This document shows positions 9,035 to 16,847 of a stretch of 64,000 bases of DNA, piece after piece. The position numbers and the translations under genes are program-made. The stretch is from Candidatus Poseidoniaceae archaeon (GTDB taxonomy: Archaea > Thermoplasmatota > Poseidoniia > Poseidoniales > Poseidoniaceae), in contig CALKGM010000005.1 in assembly GCA_938084675.1 (NCBI GenBank), positions 30,050-94,049 on the forward strand. Direction: 5' to 3'. The notes below the pieces were generated by a model. It was not told where the DNA came from. It saw nothing but the letters and a program-made list of their open reading frames with translations, and did no database searches. Every line of letters starts with the position of its first letter. Within the stretch, counting starts at the first letter, position 1.

Positions 9035-9907
9035 ATGACCAACACAAAGCTGTATTTTGGATACGGCTCAAATATGGACCGTGAGGATTGGGCGCGATGG
9101 TGTTCCGCTCAAGGGAAAAACCCGGCGGGATTGATTGAAATCGGTCCTGCTTGGCTTCCGGATTACACTCTAAAGTTCCATTATTTCTCAAGGAACAGAA
9201 AGTCAGGCGCCGCTGACGTAGTACCAGCAGGACGTGGTTCTGTGGTCCCTGGACTTTTGTTTGAGGTTGATGAAGAAACGCTCGCTGCACTTGATGATAA
9301 GGAGGGCCTACCTTACGCTTACGAACGAAAAAACGTAACGGTGATAGATGAAAACGGTGCATTGAAACAAGCGATCACCTATATCGTCCAAAAACATCGG
9401 TATTCAGCAGAATATGAACAACCTGACGCTTCTTATGTTGGCTTGATACAACGAAACCTATTACGGAATAAATTACCAATTGATAATTTAAATTATGCAA
9501 TTGATGATATGCATGATAAAAAGTTCCTTGACTCCGTATTTGTTTATGGTACGCTACGCCGAGGTGAATCACGCTCAAACATCATGACAAAGGCTGCTGA
9601 TGGGAGCATGGAACACGCAACAGTTTGCGGAACGCTCTACAATCATGGCACGTACCCGGGATTACGAACACACGGCGAAAGAACTGTGATCGGAGAACTC
9701 TATCGTTGCCATGATATCGCTAGCACCCTGAAAAGGCTCGATGAAATCGAAGGATTCTCAGCGTATGATGGTCATGAGGGACTTTATCACCGAGCAGTGG
9801 TGAACGTCACGATAGGAAGCGAACAACGATGGGCATGGACATACATTACCAATCTTCCAACACCAATGGATGCTATCATCGAAAGCGGCAATTGGCTGGA
9901 GCGTTGA
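9035..9907 (+). CDS. Tandem gamma-glutamylcyclotransferase-fold protein (GGCT-like + AIG2/GGACT-like)
   Basis: The N-terminal half starts LYFGYGSNMDREDW (GGCT signature YGSN). The C-terminal half starts VFVYGTLRRGESRS (AIG2/GGACT signature YGTL). GAGGT lies 3 nt upstream of the ATG. Confidence 0.7.
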   Translation: MTNTKLYFGYGSNMDREDWARWCSAQGKNPAGLIEIGPAWLPDYTLKFHYFSRNRKSGAADVVPAGRGSVVPGLLFEVDEETLAALDDKEGLPYAYERKNVTVIDENGALKQAITYIVQKHRYSAEYEQPDASYVGLIQRNLLRNKLPIDNLNYAIDDMHDKKFLDSVFVYGTLRRGESRSNIMTKAADGSMEHATVCGTLYNHGTYPGLRTHGERTVIGELYRCHDIASTLKRLDEIEGFSAYDGHEGLYHRAVVNVTIGSEQRWAWTYITNLPTPMDAIIESGNWLER

Positions 9908-9912
9908 AGTGA

Positions 9913-10377
9913 TTACTCATCGAGTTCCAACAACACAGCGCCCTGTGTCACTTGATCCCCTGCTTCAAAGTGAACCGCTGTAACGACGCCATCCTTTGCG
10001 GCTACGATACGGTGCTCCATCTTCATTGCTTCAAGGACCATGAGTGGCGTGCCTGATTGAACTTCTTCACCTGTTTTCACAAGGACCTCCAAGACTTTAC
10101 CTGGCATGGGTGCAACCAAGCCACCTTCATGTTGCGAAGAGGAAGAACCTGGCTCGATACGCTCCCAGCGATAGGTCTGACCGTGAAGGTGTACCCACCA
10201 AACGTCACCAACTTTAGCCAAGTGAGCGTATGCGATTCGGCCGTTAGAAAGATGAACTTTTAGCCGACCATCTCCCGTTTGCTCAAGTGAATGCCCTGCG
10301 AGAGCATAACCTGAATCTGTTCGTGTTAAACTCACCTCAATTGGGCCGTCCGGAGAAGAAAACTGATGCTGCATCAT
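9913..10377 (-). CDS. Biotin carboxyl carrier (BT + biotinyl domain) piece of methylcrotonyl-CoA carboxylase alpha
   Basis: Biotinylation motif LEAMKMEH near the C-terminus. ATGA overlap with the upstream biotin carboxylase gene (10377..10374). Confidence 0.8.
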   Translation of the reverse strand: MMQHQFSSPDGPIEVSLTRTDSGYALAGHSLEQTGDGRLKVHLSNGRIAYAHLAKVGDVWWVHLHGQTYRWERIEPGSSSSQHEGGLVAPMPGKVLEVLVKTGEEVQSGTPLMVLEAMKMEHRIVAAKDGVVTAVHFEAGDQVTQGAVLLELDE

Positions 10378-11882
10378 GGATACCTCCGACTTAATGTTGA
10401 AAATGGACTTGGTAGGCCTTGTGATTCGCCATCCGAACGAGCAGTAAATGTCCGGTGAAGACCCATTGTTTCACCTGCCGCTGCTGCAAGCAACGATGCA
10501 TCTTCAAGAAGAGGAGCAGCGATTGGCTTCCATCCGTTGGGCCAATGTTCGTCTATGGTCGTTGTTGTGGTCGTCCCGTCAACGATGGGTTGAGCATCAC
10601 ATAGTTCTCTAAGGAAACGAACGTTAGTTGTGGTCCCTAAAATCACAAAATCATCCAAAGCCCGACGCATGCGCTGAAGGGCTTCGTCGCGAGATGGAGC
10701 CCAAACGATGAGTTTGGCAAGCATCGGGTCGTAGTTGGGCGTAACGTCATCTCCCTCACGAACACCGGTATCAAGTCGGATACCTGGGCCTTCTGGAGGC
10801 CTAAACACGGCAAGAGGTCCGATCGATGGTAGGAAGTTGTTAGCAGCATCTTCTGCATAAAGCCGAACCTCAATAGCATGCCCTCGTATGTTCAAATCTC
10901 CACAGGACATGGGTTGGCCCGAAGCAATTCTCAACTGCTCACGCACGATATCAGTTCCAGTGACGAGTTCAGTTACCGGATGCTCTACCTGAATTCTCGT
11001 ATTCATCTCCAAAAAGAAAAACTCACCAGTCGGGGCCAACAAAAACTCAACCGTACCTGCCCCTTCATACGAGACTGCTTGGGCTGCCTGAATCGCTGCT
11101 TGTCCCATTGATTCTCTTAGTTCAGGAGTCATGGTTGGGCCGGGGGCCTCTTCGAACACCTTTTGATGGCGTCGTTGAACGCTGCATTCTCTTTCGCCAA
11201 GATGGATGGTTCGGCCGTGACGGTCTGCAAGGATCTGAATTTCAATGTGCTTTGAGCCGTTAAGAAGGCGTTCAATGTAAATTCGGCCATCACCAAATGC
11301 AGCCAAGGCCTCACGACGAGCTCCTTCTGCTGATTGAAGGAAGTCGGCAGGGTCGTAAACAGCCCGCATACCCTTTCCACCGCCTCCACTCGATGCCTTG
11401 AGAAGAAGTGGGTAACCAACACGTTCTGAAGCAGAAAGAAGGGCGTCCATTGCCTCATTCTCGTCCTCGTTCTCAACTTCCTCGCCCGGTATTACTGGGA
11501 CGCCCGCATTCCGCATTGTTTGGCGTGCAGTCATTTTGTCTCCCATTTGTTCTATTGCTTCAGGTGAAGGTCCAATCCAAATGATGCCTGATTGCATTAC
11601 AGAACGGGCGAATGGTGCTCGCTCTGACAAAAAGCCAAACCCTGGGTGGATTGCCTCGGAACCTGTTGACAGGGCTGCTTGAATGATTTGCTCCTGGTCA
11701 AGATAGGTCGTTGCGATGGTATCTCCATTCAGCACAACAAGTTCATCAGCCATCTCCGTGAAAAGTGTCCCTTGGTCGTTTGGAGCGCAAACAGCCACGG
11801 TTTGAATTCCAGCTTCTCGACATGCACGGAGAATGCGGCATGCTATTTCACCTCGGTTGGCGACGAGAACTTTGGTGATCAT
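10374..11882 (-). CDS. Biotin carboxylase (ATP-grasp) piece of acyl-CoA (methylcrotonyl-CoA) carboxylase alpha
   Basis: N-terminus MITKVLVANRGEIACRILRACREAGI. Also YPLLLKASSGGGGKGMR and EMNTRIQVEHPVTE. These are classic biotin carboxylase blocks. Confidence 0.9.
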   Translation of the reverse strand: MITKVLVANRGEIACRILRACREAGIQTVAVCAPNDQGTLFTEMADELVVLNGDTIATTYLDQEQIIQAALSTGSEAIHPGFGFLSERAPFARSVMQSGIIWIGPSPEAIEQMGDKMTARQTMRNAGVPVIPGEEVENEDENEAMDALLSASERVGYPLLLKASSGGGGKGMRAVYDPADFLQSAEGARREALAAFGDGRIYIERLLNGSKHIEIQILADRHGRTIHLGERECSVQRRHQKVFEEAPGPTMTPELRESMGQAAIQAAQAVSYEGAGTVEFLLAPTGEFFFLEMNTRIQVEHPVTELVTGTDIVREQLRIASGQPMSCGDLNIRGHAIEVRLYAEDAANNFLPSIGPLAVFRPPEGPGIRLDTGVREGDDVTPNYDPMLAKLIVWAPSRDEALQRMRRALDDFVILGTTTNVRFLRELCDAQPIVDGTTTTTTIDEHWPNGWKPIAAPLLEDASLLAAAAGETMGLHRTFTARSDGESQGLPSPFSTLSRRYP

Positions 11883-11891
11883 GGTTAATCC

Positions 11892-12758
11892 TCATTCAAG
11901 TTCTTCGGGCTTCCAGTTTGGTTGGCGCTTGTCAAGGAAGGAGGACAAGCCCTCCTGTCCTTCGTCCGAACCTCGCATCCTGCTGGTAAAGTCCAGAGTA
12001 TAATTGCGCAAATTGGCATCGCTACCAGTCCAACGGTCAAAGTTCAGAGTCAATTCTTTGGCCAATGTAACAGCACAGGGACCGGTAGATAAGACCTCAT
12101 TTGCAAGGACATCAATTGCAACAGGCAACTCGTCAATATTCTCTACGACCTGCTCAATGAATCCAGTTCGTAGTGCCTCATCTGCTCCAATTCGACTCGC
12201 CTGCATGGCTAAGCGACGGAAACAAGCAGAGCCAAGACGACGGTAGACATAGGGTCCGATTACAGCCGGTAGAATCCCAAGTTTGCCTTCAGAAAGTGCA
12301 ATTTTAACATTCGTTGTGGCGATGACATGGTCAAGGCAAGCAACAAGACCTGCCCCCCCGCCAAGTGCCACACCTTGGACGGCTCCAATTGTAAAGCATG
12401 GATGAGCCCATAGCCCATTGAACAAGCGATCCAATCGCTCTGAGTCTATTCGGTTCTCTTCTGCGGTATTTGCTCCTGCATCTCGCATCATGTTGATGTC
12501 TGCACCTGCGCAGAAATGGCGTCCAGCACCAGAAAGAACCATGATACGTAGGAAAGGGATTCCATTGGAATCATGCAGTTCTCCTTGACGGCCAACGCTT
12601 CGCTCGGCAGTCCAATCAAACAGGGTGCAGAGTTCTGTTATGAGTTGAACGTTGAGGGCATTGAATTTTTCCTCACGGTTGAGTTTTAGATGGCAGATCG
12701 CATCATTGATTTCAATTGACACCAGTTCGGTTTCAGGGGGTTGTTCCATAGAAGTCAT
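11892..12758 (-). CDS. Enoyl-CoA hydratase/crotonase family, positioned as methylglutaconyl-CoA hydratase (liuC-like)
   Basis: Crotonase oxyanion-hole blocks SGAGRHFCAGADI and GAVQGVALGGGAGLV. It sits between the carboxyltransferase and biotin carboxylase genes, as in liuB-liuC-liuD. Confidence 0.78.
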   Translation of the reverse strand: MTSMEQPPETELVSIEINDAICHLKLNREEKFNALNVQLITELCTLFDWTAERSVGRQGELHDSNGIPFLRIMVLSGAGRHFCAGADINMMRDAGANTAEENRIDSERLDRLFNGLWAHPCFTIGAVQGVALGGGAGLVACLDHVIATTNVKIALSEGKLGILPAVIGPYVYRRLGSACFRRLAMQASRIGADEALRTGFIEQVVENIDELPVAIDVLANEVLSTGPCAVTLAKELTLNFDRWTGSDANLRNYTLDFTSRMRGSDEGQEGLSSFLDKRQPNWKPEELE

Positions 12759-12800
12759 GTGAAATTCTCCAATTGCATTTTTGAATATTATATTGAAAAC

Positions 12801-14411
12801 TTACATCCTGAAAATCCCATATCGGTTGTCAGGCAAAGGTGCGTTACGGGCTGAAGCCAAACAGAGCCCAAGTACATCGCGCGTATCTCTTGGATCAATG
12901 ATACCATCATCCCACAGACGCGCAGTAGAGTAATACGGACTGCCTTCTGTTTCATATTTGTCAAGAATTGGTTGACGGAATGCTTGGAGTTCATCACCCT
13001 CGAGTGGTGGCAATCCTTCCCGTTGCCTTTGGTCTTGTTTGACAGTGGCCAGCACGTCCGCTGCTTGAGGTCCGCCCATTACTGAAATTCGGCTGTTGGG
13101 CCACATGAAAAGGAATCTTGGGTCGTAAGCCCGACCGCACATACCGTAGTTTCCCGCACCGTGTGAGCCGCCGATGATAACAGTGAACTTGGGGACGTTC
13201 ACGCAGGATACCGCAGTAACGAGTTTAGCCCCGTCTTTTGCAATACCTCCGGCTTCATATGCTTGACCAACCATGAAACCCGTGATGTTCTGAAGGAAGA
13301 TGAGAGGGATACCTCGTTGCCCGCATAATTCAACAAAATGCGCCCCTTTGAGAGAGGATTCGGAAAAGAGAATACCATTGTTAGCAACAATGCCGACCTT
13401 ATGGCCGTGAATGTGGGCAAATCCACAAACGAGTGTTGTTCCGTATCGTGCCTTGAATTCATGGAACCGAGACCCGTCAACAATACGGGCGATGAGTTCA
13501 CGAATGTCCACTGGAGTTCGATTGTCCGAGGGGATCAAACCGAGAAGGTCCTCGACATCGTGGGCTGGTTCTTCAGGCTCGCTGCTGGCCGCAGGAGCAA
13601 GGTTTCGTGGACCAAGGTTTTCCACAACATTACGAACCATTCGTAAGGCTTCATCCTCATCCTCGGCAAAGTGGTCAGCAACACCAGATTGAACAGTGTG
13701 AACTTCCGCACCCCCCAGGTCTTCTGCAGTGACTTCTTCCCCCGTAGCAGCTTTGACGAGAGGAGGCCCAGCAAGAAAAATAGTGCCGTTTCCTTTGACG
13801 ATGATCGACTCATCCGACATGGCAGGGACGTAGGCCCCTCCTGCAGTACACGAACCCAGAACAGCAGCAACCTGAGGAATTCCATCCCCAGACATGCGGG
13901 CTTGGTTACGGAATATACGTCCAAAATGGCCGATATCAGGGAACACCTCATCTTGCATGGGCAAAAAAGCGCCACCAGAGTCAACGAGATAGATGCATGG
14001 CAGGTTATTCTCATGTGCAACTGTTTGGGCACGAATGTGCTTCTTTACGGTCATTGGATAATACGAGCCACCTTTGACAGTTGCATCGTTGGCGACGAAA
14101 AGACATTCGCGACCGTGAACCATTCCGATGCCCGTTACGATGCCTGCTGAGTGGGCCCTACCGTCGTAAAGTTCGTGCGCAGCAAGCGGAGAAAGTTCCA
14201 AAAAAGCAGTCCCTGGGTCGATAATGCGTTCAATGCGCTCCCTTGGCAGATGCTTGCCGCGTGAACGGTGGCGTTCCACGTATTTCCCCCCGCCTCCGTT
14301 AGAAGCGGTAGCAAGGCGTTCACGCAATTGAGCAATCAACGCTTCGTTGTGCTCCTTGCGTTCAGAAAATTCAGGGTCTGCACGATTCACCCGACTTGGT
14401 AAACGGTCCAT
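12801..14411 (-). CDS. Methylcrotonyl-CoA carboxylase beta (carboxyltransferase) subunit
   Basis: [40 protein letters not shown] closely matches the remembered MCCC2 block [37 protein letters not shown]. Duplicated crotonase-like CT halves. Confidence 0.88.
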   Translation of the reverse strand: MDRLPSRVNRADPEFSERKEHNEALIAQLRERLATASNGGGGKYVERHRSRGKHLPRERIERIIDPGTAFLELSPLAAHELYDGRAHSAGIVTGIGMVHGRECLFVANDATVKGGSYYPMTVKKHIRAQTVAHENNLPCIYLVDSGGAFLPMQDEVFPDIGHFGRIFRNQARMSGDGIPQVAAVLGSCTAGGAYVPAMSDESIIVKGNGTIFLAGPPLVKAATGEEVTAEDLGGAEVHTVQSGVADHFAEDEDEALRMVRNVVENLGPRNLAPAASSEPEEPAHDVEDLLGLIPSDNRTPVDIRELIARIVDGSRFHEFKARYGTTLVCGFAHIHGHKVGIVANNGILFSESSLKGAHFVELCGQRGIPLIFLQNITGFMVGQAYEAGGIAKDGAKLVTAVSCVNVPKFTVIIGGSHGAGNYGMCGRAYDPRFLFMWPNSRISVMGGPQAADVLATVKQDQRQREGLPPLEGDELQAFRQPILDKYETEGSPYYSTARLWDDGIIDPRDTRDVLGLCLASARNAPLPDNRYGIFRM

Positions 14412-14491
14412 CTCAACGCCTCAATTTCACCCAAGGGTGTGCCGCATTTAATTGCATGGAATCCAATTGAAGCAGAGATAATGCTCTGGGT

Positions 14492-15877
14492 TCAAACCCC
14501 GAGCATCAATCTACCAATGTCCCGGAGACCAGGAGCCAAACCAACAATCAACACTGCAAGGACGATTAACAGCCGGAAATGTTGCTGACGATGTTCAACC
14601 CGCATTTGAACAAAAAGCCAAACGATAAGACCGACCAATATGCCTTTGATGATAGCGAAGAACCAGGCGCCCTCGCCCCATGAAATACCAATCATCTCGT
14701 TGATTCGCCCGCCAAATTGAATTACAGCATCACTAACTGGGTGCTTTTCCCCGTAACCAAAGAAATCGATCCCCATCATCGTTGCAAAACCATCAGACAA
14801 TTGTCCAAAGACCATTCCAAGAACCATTGGGTGGGCGAGCAACGCTTTGTTGGAGAGGAATTCGACCGGATGAGATGCCCACTTTTCCGGTTGATCTTCC
14901 CATTCTTTGAGGCTGATACCTTGTGGAAGAACTCCTGCAATATAGCCAGTTAACTTGAGTTGGTGAGCGTCTTCTTTTCCTGCACGGTACATGAACCAGC
15001 AAATCACCGCAGGTAGCCCCAAGACGATGAAAACCGGCCACAATGTGACATCGTTAGAAACTCGGCCGCTCTCTTGGGCCCATGGTGTGGACATGAACTG
15101 CCCCCAATGGCCGAGCCCGAGGACAATTGCACCAACTGCAAACGACAACATGCCCCGAGTGATTGCTTCCCAGCCGCGTGTTTTTGTGATTGAGAACCAC
15201 ATGAGCACGCAGGCAGCAATCAATCCAACAAGCGCGATTGAAAAGGATGATTCAGGGTGTTCAATGTATGCAGGTCGGTAAAGCCAATACCACTGCAGCA
15301 TCAGGGCTCCGAAGAGGAATCCAAGGATGAGTGTTGACTGACGCTCTTCAGCCTCATCGGTATGAACTCCATTCCATGCTCGACCCAGCAAATGACTGAT
15401 GAGTGCAATACCAACTAACCATCCTGCCAAGTGAAGATGAATGAGCGGTGAAATGAAAAGAACGTCTTGCGATGATGAAAAGAAGTCCGCATCTTCCAGA
15501 ACACGCATCACCGGTGCAAGGCAGACCCAAGCAATGAGGGCTAAAGTCATCTTATCGTCACTTGGAAGGTTCCACTTTCGGAACAATGCTTGTAACAAGA
15601 CTACTGAGGAAAGCATGCTCAGCGTGTAAATGGCCGTGTTTTGTGGAGTGTATCCCGCATCTCCAGCAACACCTGCATCTTTGACTACAGGGTCCCAAAT
15701 AATTGGCTTGAGGGTTTCAGTCCACACCGTATCGAAAGCAAGAATGAGTCCTGCCATGGCTACAAGACCAATGCCAATTGCACCCCAAATGACAACTTTC
15801 TCACCCTTGGAGTACTCATTATCGGGAAGTGGAGCATCCCACTCAACACCTTCGTATTGGTCATCATCAACATCCAT
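14492..15877 (-). CDS. Polytopic membrane protein (about 10-12 TM), possibly DUF63-like
   Basis: 461-aa ORF, hydrophobic throughout. The block QLSDGFATMMGIDFFGYGEKHPVSD resembles my recollection of archaeal DUF63 proteins. This is unverified. Confidence 0.5.
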   Translation of the reverse strand: MDVDDDQYEGVEWDAPLPDNEYSKGEKVVIWGAIGIGLVAMAGLILAFDTVWTETLKPIIWDPVVKDAGVAGDAGYTPQNTAIYTLSMLSSVVLLQALFRKWNLPSDDKMTLALIAWVCLAPVMRVLEDADFFSSSQDVLFISPLIHLHLAGWLVGIALISHLLGRAWNGVHTDEAEERQSTLILGFLFGALMLQWYWLYRPAYIEHPESSFSIALVGLIAACVLMWFSITKTRGWEAITRGMLSFAVGAIVLGLGHWGQFMSTPWAQESGRVSNDVTLWPVFIVLGLPAVICWFMYRAGKEDAHQLKLTGYIAGVLPQGISLKEWEDQPEKWASHPVEFLSNKALLAHPMVLGMVFGQLSDGFATMMGIDFFGYGEKHPVSDAVIQFGGRINEMIGISWGEGAWFFAIIKGILVGLIVWLFVQMRVEHRQQHFRLLIVLAVLIVGLAPGLRDIGRLMLGV

Positions 15878-15949
15878 GGATAGACCTCTGTAGTTGAGGG
15901 GGAATGGTGCCCCCCTATCGTTGTAACTCTAAGGAGAACTGATTAGCAC

Positions 15950-16783
15950 TCATTCTTCTTCTTGAGAAGAGAGGCGGTCAATCAGGTCTGCTTTCTTTCC
16001 ACCAACTGGAAGTCCTGCAGCCTTGAGTCGTTCTTTGAGGTCAGCAACAGAGAGCTTGGACAAGTCCTCGCCCTCATCTTGGTCGTCTTCGTCTTCAACA
16101 CCAAATCCACGTGGCTCGTGAACCTCGATGAACGAGACCTTACCGCATTCAACAGCATCACGGATAATGGTAACCAGTCGGAATTTGAGCATGGCTGCAT
16201 TGGTATCAAACAACATTGTTTGAGGGATAACGATGTTTAAGTCATCTCCGTCAAAAGAAACCTTGAATTCGCTGTGGCCGGTATTTGCTTCAAGAAGTGC
16301 ATTGACTTGGTCTTCTTTGCCTTCAACGACCTTAACGATCTTGAAGGTGTACTTGAGCGTTTTACCAGCCATTGGGTGGTTGTAATCAATACGAGCACGC
16401 CCAGCAGCAAGGTACGACAAGTGTCCTTGACGGTTGTTGATGTTGACTGGGGCACCGATGTAGAGTGAATTGGGGTCCTGAACTGCACGGATGAGTTTGT
16501 CGATACTGATTGTTTCAATTTGCGTGCTGTCTTTCTCTCCGTATGCGTCAGCAGGAGCGATAACGACTTCAATTTCCTTGTTTGCCTTTGCCTCTCCCAA
16601 TGCGGCTTCAAAACCAGGGATGAGTTGACCGCCACCCACGACACAGACCATAGGCTGGTAAGTTCGGCTTTCTTGGTGTGATTCGTGCTCTTTTGCAACT
16701 TCTTCACGAGTGGTTTCGATGAGATCACCGGTTTCACCGTTATACAATTCATAATCAACGTGGACAATTGTTCCTTCTTCCAT
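15950..16783 (-). CDS. FKBP-type peptidyl-prolyl isomerase (SlyD-like, with IF insert) fused to a C-terminal SAP/HeH motif
   Basis: FKBP blocks VHVDYELYNGETGDLIETT and GGGQLIPGFEAALGEAKANKEIEVVIAPADAYGEKD. An acidic linker follows. The C-terminus LSKLSVADLKERLKAAGLPVGGKKADLIDRL matches the SAP/Rho-N helix-extension-helix consensus. Confidence 0.8.
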   Translation of the reverse strand: MEEGTIVHVDYELYNGETGDLIETTREEVAKEHESHQESRTYQPMVCVVGGGQLIPGFEAALGEAKANKEIEVVIAPADAYGEKDSTQIETISIDKLIRAVQDPNSLYIGAPVNINNRQGHLSYLAAGRARIDYNHPMAGKTLKYTFKIVKVVEGKEDQVNALLEANTGHSEFKVSFDGDDLNIVIPQTMLFDTNAAMLKFRLVTIIRDAVECGKVSFIEVHEPRGFGVEDEDDQDEGEDLSKLSVADLKERLKAAGLPVGGKKADLIDRLSSQEEE

Positions 16784-16847
16784 GGTAATGCCTCCAAAGG
16801 GGATGTTTCGGCGACCGACCCCCCCTTCATAATTCCATTGGAAGAAT

